Assembly: GCA_019873685.1 (NCBI GenBank)
Contig: JAIOAT010000003.1
Location: forward strand, 80,543-144,542
Length of the DNA stretch: 64,000 nucleotides
Direction of reading: 5' to 3'
Source: Chloroflexota bacterium
GTDB taxonomy: Bacteria; Chloroflexota; Anaerolineae; Aggregatilineales; Ch27
Part shown: positions 45,015 through 55,926 of the stretch, in pieces
Layout of the letters: each line of letters begins with the position of its first letter
Numbering within the stretch: position 1 is the first letter of the stretch
Program-made: the position numbers and the translations under genes
Notes under the pieces: model-generated
The model's input: only the letters and a program-made list of their open reading frames with translations
The model's database searches: none
What the model was told of the DNA's origin: nothing

Positions 45015-45962
45015 CTAGAACAGCGAGGCTTCCTCGCGGCGGCGCATATACCATACCTGCAGCAGGGTGAAGGCGAAGATCACCGCAAACAGCACCCAGG
45101 CCAGCGCCGAAGCATAGCCCATGTCGAAGCTTTCGAAGGCGCGCAGGTAGATCCGGTGCACAGCCACGTCGGTTGCTCCGCGCGGCCCGCCGCCGGTGAT
45201 CACGTAGACTGACGAAAACACCTGGAAGGAGCCGATTACGCCGGTAATGGCCAGGAAGAAGGTCGTCGGCTTCAACAGCGGTAGCGTGATCCGCCAGAAT
45301 GACTGCCAGGAACCAGCGCCGTCGATAGCCGCCGCTTCGTACAGCTCCTGCGGGATGGCCTGCAGCCCGGCCAGCCAGATCACCATATTGAAGCCCGCGC
45401 CCTTCCAGATCGTGATCAACACCAGGCTGGGCATGGCCGAAGCCGGGTCGCCCAGCCAGTTGACCGTCGGCAGCCCCAGCGACTTGAGGGTGTAATTGAC
45501 AATGCCGGCCTGCGGGTCCAGCAGGGTGATCCAGATCACCGAGACCGCTACCCAGGAGGAAATGACCGGCATAAAGAACAGGGTGCGGAACAGGTTCACC
45601 CCGCGCAGTTTCATGTTCATGACCAGCGCGATCATCAGGCTGATCACCATGCCCAGCGGCACCGCCAGCAGGGTGTAGTAGCCGGAGTTGGCCATGGCGT
45701 TCCACCAGCGCCGGTCGCCGAGCATGAATTCGTAGTTGGCCGTCCCGATGAACGGCGCATTATAGAAATTCGTCCCGCGCCAGTCGGTGAAGGATAGATA
45801 CAGGCTGAAGACCAGGGGGACGACCAGAAACAGCAACAGATGCACAAACGAGGGCAGGATGAACAGGTATCCCACCCGCTCATTAGAACGGCTCCAGAAT
45901 TGCCGCCACCAGCGTGGGCCTGTTTGGAAGAAAGGCCGCTCCAGAAAGGACGTACGCTCCAT
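45015..45962 (-). CDS. Carbohydrate ABC transporter permease (CUT1, MalF-like)
   Basis: The track ORF extends to 46091; ATG 45962 has a GAGGAG RBS. EAA loop YEAAAIDGAGSWQSFWRITLPLLKP. Confidence 0.85.
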   Translation of the reverse strand: MERTSFLERPFFQTGPRWWRQFWSRSNERVGYLFILPSFVHLLLFLVVPLVFSLYLSFTDWRGTNFYNAPFIGTANYEFMLGDRRWWNAMANSGYYTLLAVPLGMVISLMIALVMNMKLRGVNLFRTLFFMPVISSWVAVSVIWITLLDPQAGIVNYTLKSLGLPTVNWLGDPASAMPSLVLITIWKGAGFNMVIWLAGLQAIPQELYEAAAIDGAGSWQSFWRITLPLLKPTTFFLAITGVIGSFQVFSSVYVITGGGPRGATDVAVHRIYLRAFESFDMGYASALAWVLFAVIFAFTLLQVWYMRRREEASLF

Positions 45963-46133
45963 CACCGCGCTCCTCATTGAGGCAAATAAAGTTCCCCTCC
46001 GGCTGCCCGCAGGGAGACCGCTGTAACCCCGGCAATTCCCACAGCGGCCTGCTTGCGACCAGCCATAGCGGGGAAAAGGGACCGCCCACACGGTGCAGGC
46101 GGTCCCCGGATTGTTCAGACTCCCGACCGAGGG

Positions 46134-47495
46134 TTACCCGCCGGCGGAGCGCTGCAGTTCGCGGTCGATCTCTTCAACCGCAATCGCGATTTCTTCCTCG
46201 ACATCCGCGCCAGCCAGGATGTTCTCCATCATCGAGTCGAGGATGCCTTCAACCACCGGCCAGTTAGCATAGATGGAGCCGTAGTTGCGGCGGCCATTTT
46301 CGGCCTCTTCCACAAACACGCGCTCGATCTCCGGCCAGGCCGAAGCTTCAATAGCAGCCGCGGCGGCTTCACGGTTGGCGGAAATCTCCAGGCCGGTGAC
46401 CACCTTGGTGCTCTGATATTCGTAATCGGTCAGTTCTTCCACGAACTGGCAGGCCGCCAGCAGCTTGTCCGGGTCCTCAGCGACCTTGGCGTTGATCACC
46501 CAGCCCGATTCGTAGATCACGGTCACATCATTGACCTTGCTGGGGTTGCCGACCACGGCCACGCGCTCCGGGGTGTAGCTTTCCTGGTTGGTCAGGCCGA
46601 CCATCTCCCAGTGCCCGCGCGGGAACATGACCACCTCGCCACGCAGGAAGGCTTCCAGGAAGCCAAACTGCTGGACAAGCTGATCCAGGGTCGAAGGCTC
46701 CGGCGCGACGCCGTACTCAAGCACCAGGTCGCGCAGGAACTTGATGGCCTCAACGCTTTCCGGCGAGTTCAGGTAACCATCTGCCGTGGTGAGATCGGGC
46801 GAGATGACGTCGCCGCCATTCTGCCAGACCCAGTAAATCCACTCAAACGTCCACTTGCGGACGCGGAAGCCCCACTGGACAACGTTCTCTTCGTCGAAGT
46901 TCGGGTCCAGGCGGTTGCGGCCCTCGCTGTCGAGGGTAGTCATCTGCGCGAAGGTCAGGAAATCGTCCCAGGTCCAGTCAGAGGTGGGCGGCTCAACGCC
47001 GGCCTTGGCGACCGCTTCAGGGTTGTAGTACATCACCATGGGCGTACCGCCATCGGGCAAGCCCCACAGTTCCCCGGTGTCGCGCAGGTGAATGTCCAGC
47101 ATACCTTCCGAGAAGCGATCCAGCGTCAGTTCGGGGACCAGGTCCAGGCAGACGCTCGCGTCAAGGATATTGCCCGTATCGACGAGGCGAGCCAGGGTCG
47201 AGGCGTCCTGATACCAGATGTCAGGCGCGGTCCCGGCGGCCAGGTCAACCAGCACCTGGGTGTCGAATTCAGGCGGGGTTTCCAGCGACTCAATGAAGAT
47301 ATTCGGGTGCGCCTCCATAAAGCGGGTCCGGGCCGCCTGCTTGGCGATCGCCAGCGGAGTTTCGCGCTCTTCGGGTACAACTTCCAGGCCAACCACCCGC
47401 AGCGTGATCTGGCCTTCCTGGGCCAACACTGCCAGCGACGGCACCACCATCGCCAGCAGCACGCACACCGTCAGGAGCTTGCCAAACTTCTTCAT
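46134..47495 (-). CDS. Extracellular sugar-binding protein of the CUT1 ABC transporter
   Basis: The track ORF extends to 47573. ATG 47495 has a GGAGGA RBS and gives the signal peptide MKKFGKLLTVCVLLAMVVPSLAVLAQ. Confidence 0.85.
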   Translation of the reverse strand: MKKFGKLLTVCVLLAMVVPSLAVLAQEGQITLRVVGLEVVPEERETPLAIAKQAARTRFMEAHPNIFIESLETPPEFDTQVLVDLAAGTAPDIWYQDASTLARLVDTGNILDASVCLDLVPELTLDRFSEGMLDIHLRDTGELWGLPDGGTPMVMYYNPEAVAKAGVEPPTSDWTWDDFLTFAQMTTLDSEGRNRLDPNFDEENVVQWGFRVRKWTFEWIYWVWQNGGDVISPDLTTADGYLNSPESVEAIKFLRDLVLEYGVAPEPSTLDQLVQQFGFLEAFLRGEVVMFPRGHWEMVGLTNQESYTPERVAVVGNPSKVNDVTVIYESGWVINAKVAEDPDKLLAACQFVEELTDYEYQSTKVVTGLEISANREAAAAAIEASAWPEIERVFVEEAENGRRNYGSIYANWPVVEGILDSMMENILAGADVEEEIAIAVEEIDRELQRSAGG

Positions 47496-47732
47496 GGTTC
47501 TCCTCCATAAGAGACCACTGCGCAAAGTGCATGCACTACTTATGGCTAGACGACATTCAGCCTCTGGCTTCACCTGAATACGCGCTTGCCTCTACTCCTT
47601 TCCCTCACACCCTGCCCGGCAGGGTTGGCCAGCCTGCCAGTCCCGGCATGACGCCAGCCTTCCATTACAGGACAGATCGCTCAAACTACACCGGCGCCGG
47701 ATGATCACAACAGGGGAATCTGCCGCCAAGAT

Positions 47733-47744
47733 GTTTGTACAAAC
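47733..47744. promoter_or_regulatory. Perfect 12-bp palindrome GTTTGTACAAAC in a ~510-bp divergent intergenic region
   Basis: Seen directly. It lies about 25 nt upstream of a possible minus-strand promoter (TTGTGA-16-TAGTTT). No cognate regulator is identified. Confidence 0.3.
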
Positions 47745-48008
47745 TCGCGGCTGGAACCGCCTGTATATCATCTCAACGCCTGATTGATCTATACAATTGA
47801 CACTATAACCCGGAATCGCGGCAGGGGTCAAGTACGCCAGCGGTGTTGTGTACTGAACAACGTCATCCCCGGCGGCTGACAATCAACCCTTTCAGGCGGC
47901 AAACAGTCCGGATAGCGTCTGATTCTTGCCGCGGCGAATTGTACTCCCTGCCTGCGCATGCTAGAGTCTGCCTGCGCTATGGCAATGTTCACAAGAGGAT
48001 TGCGCCTC

Positions 48009-50414
48009 ATGACCTCACTTTCTGGCCGGCTGCGCCTGCCGGAGACCTTCCCGCAGAGCGACTACACACCCTTTGGCTACCTGGATAACCCCTATCACAG
48101 CGCCGTATTCAACCGCAGCGGCGTCATCCGCACCGTGCCGCCGATGGGCTTCGGCTGGTGGGCGCGGGCCATGCCCTGGCCGTACGGCATCGATGTAGAA
48201 CGCCCCATCAGCTACCTGTCCTTTCTGCACCTCAGCCTGGCTATCAGCGGTGATGCCGGCGCGCCGGTCGTCTTTCACCGGACGGAAGATTTCGCCGCGC
48301 ATGGCGTCAGCCTGATCTCGCGCTACCACACCAAGACGCTGATGAGCTACGACTGGGCGTTTGATGGAGTCGATGTCAGCGCCAGATACTTCCTGGCGGA
48401 CGAGCACGCCCTGCTCTGCCTCCTGGAGCTGCACAACACGGCGCCCCAACCCCGTCGCGTGACCGTCCACGCCACCAACATTTACGGCTATCGCGGCCAT
48501 ATGTACTGGGGCGGCGACGGCGTGACCTCCTCTTACCGGTCGGTGGAAGACGCTGCCGTCAGCAAGGTCTGGGCCTACGGGGATGTGATGGCCCTCGGCG
48601 CCAGCCAGCGCAGCGCCGCCTACAAAGCCACCTCGTCACAGCAGCAATGGGACGGCTGGGTCTACAGCGGCGATCTCAGCGCCAACAGCGGCGCAGTCGT
48701 GCGCTTCCACGAAACCGACGACCCGATCTACGCGGTCATGAGCTACGTGCTCGAACTGCCCGCTGGTACTGCTGAGACGCTGGTGATCGGCCTGGTGCGG
48801 GATGTCAACGAGCTGTACGCCCTGCGGCGGCTCCCGGCCAGCATCGCGGACGCTTTCCATGAAGCGGCGCGGCAACTGGCCGATGACGAGCACTTCTATG
48901 CGCAGGCGCCCCTGCTCAGCGGCGACTGGCCTGACGCCTGGAAGCACGGCTGGGTCTACGACCTGGAAACCCTGCGCATGACCATCCGCCGCCCGCTGGG
49001 CATCTACAAACATCCCTGGGATGCCATGCAGATTCATTCCCCGCGCGCAGTGCTGGGTGAGACCTGCCTGGACGCGCTCTGCCTGAGCTACAGCGATACC
49101 GCTCTGGCCAAAGAGGTGATCTACGGCGTCTTCGCCGATGCGCCGATGCCCAACGTCCCCTGCAGCCGCGAGGACGGTAGCATGAACATGATCGGCGAAA
49201 GCGGCGCAGAGTGTGGTACGGCTCCGACCTGGGGCTTTCCCTTCCTGGTTATCCAGTCGATCTACCGGCGCGACGGCGACGACGCCTGGATCCGGCGGCT
49301 GTATCCGCACCTCAAAGCCTTCATCGAGTGGTGGCTGGCTAACCGTACCGACGAAGACGGCTGGTTCCACGCCGACAATAGCTGGGAATCCGGCCAGGAC
49401 GGCTCGCGGCGCTTCCTGCATGGCGACGCGCAGGAAGGCACGCCGGCCCACTTTGTACGCACAGTCGATATTGAGGCCGGGATGGCCCAGGCGATGCTGG
49501 CCATGGTGGATTACGCCCGCATCGCAGGCCGCCCCGATGACGTGGCCCTCTGGCAGCGCCTGGCCGAAGATCGCATCGCCCGCACCCGCAGCATGTACGT
49601 GGACGGCTGGTTCCGTGACTGGGACGGGCGGGATAACCGGCCCTTCCTGCTGGAAGACTACTACGATGTCATGATGCTGGTGCCGCTGGCGGTAGGAGTC
49701 GCCGCGCCGGAGCAGATCGAGGGCGTCAGGCCCAAGTTCCAGATCTTCCGCGACAACCCGACTCCTTTCCTGGAATGGCCGTCATTCTGGCTGCCGTTCT
49801 CCGAGGCAGGCTGGAACGCCGGACTGCGCGAATTCATCGCCGAGGAATTGATCAAGGTCGGGAACCGCATTTACGCCCGGACAGACGCCCGCGAGGTGCG
49901 CCCCGCCAGCACACGCTACACCGACCGCCTGCCGGGGCAGTACAACTACCGCATTCCCGGCGTAGCCCGTGAGTTCTGGCCGGTCAACCTGGAGGCTCAC
50001 CCGATTCTGGATGGTTGTGAGAATTACGGCTGGGGTGCGACCTTCCCCTCGCTGGTCATCCGCAATCTGATTGGCTTCCGCGAGCTTGAAGAGACAACGG
50101 AGGCCCGCCCGGCGCAGGGATTCCTGCTCGCGCCAGCCCTGCCGGCGACGCTCTTCCAACCCGGCAAGACCTACGGCGTCACTAACCTGCGCTGTGGCGA
50201 TGGCCGCTTTGACATCCGATATTCGGTCGGGACTGGCGGACAACTGGCTGTGACCCTGACCTGCCAGATGCCTCCGGCGCCGGTGACGATCGCAGTGCGA
50301 GATGATGGCGGTCGTGTTCTGGCGCAGGCGAGCGGCCTGGCAGCCACGCACGAATTGCGCTTTGAGGTCGCAAACTACAGCCTGCTGCGGGTAAGCTGGG
50401 AGAAAGATCGCTGA
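48009..50414 (+). CDS. Large (alpha/alpha)6-barrel glycoside hydrolase, GH63/GH37/MGH1-like
   Basis: The track ORF starts at 47958; ATG 48009 has an AAGAGGA RBS. The DNSWESGQDGSRRF segment resembles the catalytic-acid region of GH63/trehalase-type enzymes. No signal peptide. Confidence 0.55.
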   Translation: MTSLSGRLRLPETFPQSDYTPFGYLDNPYHSAVFNRSGVIRTVPPMGFGWWARAMPWPYGIDVERPISYLSFLHLSLAISGDAGAPVVFHRTEDFAAHGVSLISRYHTKTLMSYDWAFDGVDVSARYFLADEHALLCLLELHNTAPQPRRVTVHATNIYGYRGHMYWGGDGVTSSYRSVEDAAVSKVWAYGDVMALGASQRSAAYKATSSQQQWDGWVYSGDLSANSGAVVRFHETDDPIYAVMSYVLELPAGTAETLVIGLVRDVNELYALRRLPASIADAFHEAARQLADDEHFYAQAPLLSGDWPDAWKHGWVYDLETLRMTIRRPLGIYKHPWDAMQIHSPRAVLGETCLDALCLSYSDTALAKEVIYGVFADAPMPNVPCSREDGSMNMIGESGAECGTAPTWGFPFLVIQSIYRRDGDDAWIRRLYPHLKAFIEWWLANRTDEDGWFHADNSWESGQDGSRRFLHGDAQEGTPAHFVRTVDIEAGMAQAMLAMVDYARIAGRPDDVALWQRLAEDRIARTRSMYVDGWFRDWDGRDNRPFLLEDYYDVMMLVPLAVGVAAPEQIEGVRPKFQIFRDNPTPFLEWPSFWLPFSEAGWNAGLREFIAEELIKVGNRIYARTDAREVRPASTRYTDRLPGQYNYRIPGVAREFWPVNLEAHPILDGCENYGWGATFPSLVIRNLIGFRELEETTEARPAQGFLLAPALPATLFQPGKTYGVTNLRCGDGRFDIRYSVGTGGQLAVTLTCQMPPAPVTIAVRDDGGRVLAQASGLAATHELRFEVANYSLLRVSWEKDR

Positions 50415-50443
50415 GATCACCTCACTCTGAGGTCTGATCCATC

Positions 50444-50484
50444 CAGGCCCCGGCCTGACGGAGCAACCGCCAGACCGGGGCCTG
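50444..50484. terminator. Hairpin between convergent genes
   Basis: 10-bp stem CAGGCCCCGG/CCGGGGCCTG with a 21-nt loop. Confidence 0.45.
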
Positions 50485-50491
50485 TTGCCTG

Positions 50492-51565
50492 TCAGCGTGG
50501 CAGGCGGCCCGCCACCGGAGGCAGCGGCGGGAACGGCTGATGAGGTTCAGTCTGGTACCAGTAGGCTGTCGACGTGTAGTCGTTGCTGAGCTTGTTGGCG
50601 TGCCCGTGTTCGATAGTGACCCGGATTGATTTCTCAAAGAAAATCGGGTCTTCGATGTGGTAACGGTACACGGTGTTCTTGCCGCGCCAGCGCCAGTCAG
50701 ACGTCCCCTGGTAGAGTATCAAGCCGTGGTAGGGCGCGTTGTACTCCTGCGTGGGGCAGAAGGCTGTGTTGAAGTAGTCCTCGGTGCCGGTGCCATGCAG
50801 AGCGGGCGGCCACGGCTCCCCATCGACGAAGATCATATCGTCCCCTTCCCCGTACCAGTCATTGGCCTGGCGGGAAAAGCAGTCAATATCCAGGTGGCAG
50901 CCCACATAATGCCCCCGGCCTGTTGCCTCCAGGATGACGTAGTTGTCCGCCCCGCTGGTATTGGGCGTCTGCCAGGCGGTCTGCATGGCCTGTGGATGGT
51001 CGGCCCAGCGGACAGCCGGGTCGGCCCAGCCAGCGGTAGGATTCTCCCGGCGCCACTGGGCATGAAAACGCCCGTAATCCTCCAGGGAGGTCCCCGCCGG
51101 ATAAGCCTCGTAATCGATGTAGAAGTACAGGCGGAAAGGCCGCTCCGTCTCATTAATCACCGCCAGACGCGCCGCCGTCTGGAAGGGCATGGGGAACCAG
51201 CAGTTGAAAGCACGGCCATCTTCCGGACTCATCTGCAGTGGCAGGGAAACGAAGTTGCGCGTCAGGCCGTGCCCCAGGCCAAAGAAATCGCCCAGTGGGA
51301 CCTCGACGCTTGGCAGTGGTTCCTCATCCCACCAGGCGCGCAGCAGCACCTTACGCAGGGCGTAGCGGTCGTCTGAGAGCGTCGTCATCCAGATATGCTT
51401 GATGCAGCCCGGCCCCCGCAGGCTGGCAATATCCCGCGCCTGCCCGGCTTCAAAGTCCCACCAGTCGAAGTTGCCGCCGCGCGTATCGTAACTGGAAACG
51501 CGCAGCCGCCGGACGCCCGGACGCAGCCGCGCCAGGTCCGCCAGCGTGCTATTGCCGATGACCAT
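50492..51565 (-). CDS. DUF2961 / glycoside hydrolase family 172 protein, second paralog (cytoplasmic)
   Basis: The track ORF extends to 51625; ATG 51565 has a GGAGG RBS. Motifs: SSYDTRGGNFD, GPGCIKHIWMT, GTGTEDYFNTAF, RVTIEHGHAN. By eye roughly 55-60% identical to 7324..8451. Confidence 0.8.
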   Translation of the reverse strand: MVIGNSTLADLARLRPGVRRLRVSSYDTRGGNFDWWDFEAGQARDIASLRGPGCIKHIWMTTLSDDRYALRKVLLRAWWDEEPLPSVEVPLGDFFGLGHGLTRNFVSLPLQMSPEDGRAFNCWFPMPFQTAARLAVINETERPFRLYFYIDYEAYPAGTSLEDYGRFHAQWRRENPTAGWADPAVRWADHPQAMQTAWQTPNTSGADNYVILEATGRGHYVGCHLDIDCFSRQANDWYGEGDDMIFVDGEPWPPALHGTGTEDYFNTAFCPTQEYNAPYHGLILYQGTSDWRWRGKNTVYRYHIEDPIFFEKSIRVTIEHGHANKLSNDYTSTAYWYQTEPHQPFPPLPPVAGRLPR

Positions 51566-51697
51566 GAGTCGCCAACCTCCGTTACTACTGCCGACACAGG
51601 GCGCGCCGGTAGCGCACCGCCACACTATTCTAGGCCCATCAGGTTGACGTGCCTACCGGGAACACAGGCTGAAGCGATTTGACAGACCGCAGCAGTT

Positions 51698-52342
51698 TCA
51701 CGGCGCTTCGGCAGCCCGCTTGCGCTCCAGAGCACGTTTGGCCAGCTTGAGCCGGAAGTGATCGGCCCGCTCGCGTTCGTTGAGAGTCATCTGGATATAA
51801 GCAGCCTCGGCTTCCAGTTGCGGGATCAGGATGTTCTTGAGAGCGTTAACCCGCCGCGCCGTGCGCTCGATTTCGGCCATCAGTCGGCGCAGGCGTAACT
51901 CGCTCTGCGCCAGATGAATGATCAGCTCGACTTCTGCCTCAAACGCCGCCGCTGCCTCATCAATCGTCAAGGAGGAGCCGATCACAGAATAGCCGCGATC
52001 CAGCGTTGAGCGTAGCGCGCGCGCCTGTTCAATGACGGGCACCTTGACGCCCATGACATTGGCGCTGCCGATCTGCAGCGGCAGTTCACCCCGACTGGCC
52101 AGCGCCGCCGATCGCACGGCCTCTACGCCCGCCATAGCGTTAGCCCGCGCCAGAGCGCTCTGGGCCGTCGCTGCGACCTGCTGCAGCGTTTCGGTCTCTT
52201 TGAACACCGTATCCGCCACGCGGAGCAATTCTTCCATCAGAGCCGCCCGCTTCTGCTCCAGCAGTTCGCGCCCCTGCTCGGCCAGCTTGATCTGCTCCTT
52301 GCGCATCAGCAGCGCCATCCGCGTGCTGGAGATGCTTTTCAT
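51698..52342 (-). CDS. atpD: V/A-type ATP synthase subunit D
   Basis: 214 aa, coiled-coil central-stalk protein. N-terminus [27 protein letters not shown]. The start overlaps the B-subunit stop by 4 nt. Confidence 0.9.
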   Translation of the reverse strand: MKSISSTRMALLMRKEQIKLAEQGRELLEQKRAALMEELLRVADTVFKETETLQQVAATAQSALARANAMAGVEAVRSAALASRGELPLQIGSANVMGVKVPVIEQARALRSTLDRGYSVIGSSLTIDEAAAAFEAEVELIIHLAQSELRLRRLMAEIERTARRVNALKNILIPQLEAEAAYIQMTLNERERADHFRLKLAKRALERKRAAEAP

Positions 52343-53763
52343 GCGCTGTCCTCCGCCCCACCCCGCCGCTGCCGGATCAGCGCGTCGGGGATACGTTTGA
52401 GCATCTCCGGCGGCAACGGATCAAGCAGCGCCCAGGCCAGGTCGAGCGTTTCATCAATACTGCGGTTGGTCTTGCCCTGGCTGATGAAGCGCTGCTCCAG
52501 CCGGTCAGCGAAGTCCAGAATAAGCCGTTCCTCAGCGGAAAGCGCGGCTTCCCCGATAATCGCTACCAGGCGCCGCAGATCGCGGCCCCGCGCATACAGC
52601 GCGTACAACTGGTCAGCCAGAAAGCGGTGATCAGCCCGCGTCTTACCTTCGCCGATTCCGGCTTTCATCTGGCGAGAAAGCGAGGGCAGGATGTCCACCG
52701 GCGGGTAGATGCCCTGGCGATGCAGGTCGCGACTGAGCACGATCTGCCCCTCGGTGATGTAGCCGGTCAGGTCGGGGATGGGATGGGTGATGTCGTCATC
52801 AGGCATGGTCAGGATGACGAGCTGCGTCACCGAGCCAGGGCTGCCCCTGATGCGCCCGGCGCGCTCATACAGGCTGGCCAGATCGGAGTACATGTAGCCG
52901 GGGTAACCACGCCGCCCCGGCACTTCCTCGCGGGCCGCGGCTACCTCACGCAGGGCTTCGCAGTAGTTGGTCATGTCGGTCATGATCACCAGCACATGCA
53001 AGCCATGTGTAAAGGCCAGGTACTCCGCCGCGGTGAGCGCGGCGCGGGCGGTCATCAGCCGCAACACGGAAGGATCGTCGGCGCGGTTGACAAACAGCAC
53101 AGTGCGCTCGGTCGCCCCGCTGGCCTGGAACTGATCCACAAAGAAACTGACTTCGCGGTGGGTCACGCCGATTGCGGCAAAGACCACGGCGAATGGCTCC
53201 GCCTCCTGTCCCTGACGCCCCAGCACCCGCGCCTGCGCCGCGATCTGGGCAGCCAGTTCGTTAGCGGGCAGCCCGGCGCCGGAGAAGATAGGCAGTTTTT
53301 GCCCGCGGGTCAGGGTATTCAGGCCGTCAATGGCCGAGATGCCAGTCTGAATAAACTCGCTGGGATGGGTGCGTACGGTGGGGTTGATCGGCGCGCCGTT
53401 GATGTCCAGCGACGCCTCTGGCACGATCAGCGGCCCGCCGTCAATCGGCTGGCCGGTGCCATCCAGCACCCGCCCCAGCATCGCCAGGGAGACATCCAGG
53501 CGGGCCACATCGCCGCGAAAGCGGACGCGCGTCGCCCGCAGGTCCAGGCCGGTCGTCCCCGCGAATACCTGGACGATGCCGTGATTGCCGTTGACTTCCA
53601 GCACGCGCCCCAGCCGGACCCGCCCTTCTGGATCGATGATCTCGACCATCTCGTGATAGGCGATTTCCGAAGTGCGTTCAATGAAGATCAGCGGCCCGCG
53701 AATCTGCGAGACCGTGCGGTACTCTTTGGTGACCAGCGATGGCGGCGCCAGCTCTGCTTTCAT
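52339..53763 (-). CDS. atpB: V/A-type ATP synthase subunit B
   Basis: 474 aa non-catalytic nucleotide-binding subunit with a pattern typical of A/V-type B ([19 protein letters not shown]). Confidence 0.95.
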   Translation of the reverse strand: MKAELAPPSLVTKEYRTVSQIRGPLIFIERTSEIAYHEMVEIIDPEGRVRLGRVLEVNGNHGIVQVFAGTTGLDLRATRVRFRGDVARLDVSLAMLGRVLDGTGQPIDGGPLIVPEASLDINGAPINPTVRTHPSEFIQTGISAIDGLNTLTRGQKLPIFSGAGLPANELAAQIAAQARVLGRQGQEAEPFAVVFAAIGVTHREVSFFVDQFQASGATERTVLFVNRADDPSVLRLMTARAALTAAEYLAFTHGLHVLVIMTDMTNYCEALREVAAAREEVPGRRGYPGYMYSDLASLYERAGRIRGSPGSVTQLVILTMPDDDITHPIPDLTGYITEGQIVLSRDLHRQGIYPPVDILPSLSRQMKAGIGEGKTRADHRFLADQLYALYARGRDLRRLVAIIGEAALSAEERLILDFADRLEQRFISQGKTNRSIDETLDLAWALLDPLPPEMLKRIPDALIRQRRGGAEDSA

Positions 53764-55604
53764 ACGCCCACGCTCCCCCCGGCAGCACTGCCGCGCAGAC
53801 GCTCGTCAAGTCCCTTGAGCAACGGGATCACCTGATCCGGAGGCACTTCCCTGACCCGCGCAATCTGGGCGACTTCCGGCAGGCCGCGCAGTTGTTCCAG
53901 CCCCGCGCCCGCTTCCAGCGCCGCGCGGCAGTGATGGTAGTAAGCCAGCAACACGCGCAGCATCCAGTACGTCTTCTCCAGCGGGCTGTAGCGATCGCTG
54001 GCCTCAAATGACGATTGCTGCAGAAAGTCCTCCTGGATCATCCGGGCGACCAGCAGCAGCAAATGCTCCATCTCGGAGAGCGCCTCCGGCCCGACGATCT
54101 GGACGATCTCCTGCAGTTCGTCCGCCCGCTGCAGCAGGGCCATCGCCTCCTGCACCAGGTCGCTCCAGTCGTCGGCCACATTTGCCGCATACCAGCGCCG
54201 CAAATCGTACAGGGTGTAGCTTTGCGTCCAGCTCACCGCCGGGAAGTGCCGCCGCCGCGACAGGCTGTAGTCCAGCGCCCACAGCGCGCCGACGACCGTC
54301 ATCGAACTCTGCGTGATCGGCTCGGAGAAGTCGCCGCCGGGCGGGGACACCGCGCCAATTAGCGTCAGCGAGCCGGTGCGCCGCCCTGCCGCCTCGTCCT
54401 CCGCCCCTGCGTCCGCGCCGTCGCTCCCCAGGCAGATCACCCGCCCGGATCGTTCGTAGAACTCGGAGAGCCTGGCGGCCAGGTAAGCCGGGTAGCCTTC
54501 CTCGCCGGGGATTTCCTCCAGCCGCCCGGAGATTTCCCGCAGCGCCTCGCCCCAGCGCGAGGTCGAATCGGCCAGCAGCAGCACATCGTAACCCATATCG
54601 CGGTAGTATTCGCCGAGAGTGATGCCAGTGTAGATGCTGGCCTCCCGGGCGGCGACAGGCATGTTGGAAGTATTGGCGATCAGAATGGTGCGGTTCATCA
54701 GCGGCAGACCGGTGTGGGGGTCTTCCAGCGCCGGGAATTCCTCCAGCACGTCGGCGATCTCATTGCCGCGCTCCCCACAGCCAACGTAGATCACCACATC
54801 CACACCGGCCCAGCGGGCCAGCGCCTGCTCCAGCACGGTCTTGCCGGTGCCAAAGCCGCCGGGGACAATCGCCGTCCCGCCCCTGGCCACCGGGAAGAAG
54901 GCATCGATCACCCGCGTCCCGGTCACCAGCGGCTGCCGGGCGGGCAATCGCTCCCGGACGGGGCGCGGCTGCCGCACCGGCCAGGCCTGCCGCAGCCGGA
55001 CTTCATGCGTCCGGCCATCGGTCTCCGGATCGGCCTCGATCACCGCCACGATCTCGTCGATCGTCAGGTCGCCCGCGTTGATATCGGCCACCCTGCCGTG
55101 CACACCGGGCGGGACCAGCACCGCGTGGGTGATAACCGGCGTCTCCGGCACGGTGCCCAGGATATCGCCGCCGCTGACCACCTCCCCGGTTCGGACCCGC
55201 GGCGTGAACGGCCAGCGCGTCTCCTGTGGCAACGGGAAGGGACTGACGCCCCGGTCGATGAAGTTGCCGCTCAGCGTCTGCAGGACGGTCAGCGGGCGCT
55301 GCAGGCCATCATAAATCTGGCCGAGCAGCCCCGGCCCCAGCTGCGCCACCAGCGGCAGCCCGGTATTGATCACCGGCTCGCCTACCCGCAGCCCGGCTGT
55401 TTCCTCATAGACCTGGACGACAGCCAGATCGTGGGCCAGCCGGATTACTTCGCCGACCAGCCCCAGCTCGCCCACATGCACCACATCAAACAGGCGCACA
55501 GCCTCCAGACCGGTGACGCCCACGACCGGCCCGGCTATACGGACGATCCGCCCGGTCTTTCCTCCCGCGTCCTCAGTCACCCGTCCCCTCCGCATCTTCC
55601 TCAC
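53760..55604 (-). CDS. atpA: V/A-type ATP synthase catalytic subunit A
   Basis: Walker [10 protein letters not shown] and the non-homologous insert typical of A subunits. An alternative start, GTG 55580, has a GGAGG RBS and would shorten the overlap with atpF. Confidence 0.95.
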   Translation of the reverse strand: MRKMRRGRVTEDAGGKTGRIVRIAGPVVGVTGLEAVRLFDVVHVGELGLVGEVIRLAHDLAVVQVYEETAGLRVGEPVINTGLPLVAQLGPGLLGQIYDGLQRPLTVLQTLSGNFIDRGVSPFPLPQETRWPFTPRVRTGEVVSGGDILGTVPETPVITHAVLVPPGVHGRVADINAGDLTIDEIVAVIEADPETDGRTHEVRLRQAWPVRQPRPVRERLPARQPLVTGTRVIDAFFPVARGGTAIVPGGFGTGKTVLEQALARWAGVDVVIYVGCGERGNEIADVLEEFPALEDPHTGLPLMNRTILIANTSNMPVAAREASIYTGITLGEYYRDMGYDVLLLADSTSRWGEALREISGRLEEIPGEEGYPAYLAARLSEFYERSGRVICLGSDGADAGAEDEAAGRRTGSLTLIGAVSPPGGDFSEPITQSSMTVVGALWALDYSLSRRRHFPAVSWTQSYTLYDLRRWYAANVADDWSDLVQEAMALLQRADELQEIVQIVGPEALSEMEHLLLLVARMIQEDFLQQSSFEASDRYSPLEKTYWMLRVLLAYYHHCRAALEAGAGLEQLRGLPEVAQIARVREVPPDQVIPLLKGLDERLRGSAAGGSVGV

Positions 55605-55926
55605 CGAAAGCGATCCGCACCCCGATCGTGCGCCGGATCATCCGGGCGATCCTGGCGCTGCGCGTGATCCCGTCTTCCGCCGCCTCACCGCCAGGGATCG
55701 CCAGGTAGAGCAAATTCACGGAAGCGTCCAGACGCTTGAGCAGCGCCCGATCCAGGTGGGCCAGCAGGCTCTCCTCAATCGCCAGCAGACCGCTCTCACC
55801 CGCGTCAAGCCAACCGGCAATCAGTTCCTCGGCGGCCTCCACGTCCTCGACGCCGTGCGTCTCCACCCCGGCCAGGGCAAACCCGGCGGCCAGGTCAGAT
55901 CGGACAATCACCCGCAGGCTGCTCAT
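55573..55926 (-). CDS. atpF: V/A-type ATP synthase subunit F
   Basis: 117 aa (MSSLRVIVRSDLAAGFALAGV). Position between C and A as in Thermus-type operons. Confidence 0.85.
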   Translation of the reverse strand: MSSLRVIVRSDLAAGFALAGVETHGVEDVEAAEELIAGWLDAGESGLLAIEESLLAHLDRALLKRLDASVNLLYLAIPGGEAAEDGITRSARIARMIRRTIGVRIAFGEEDAEGTGD

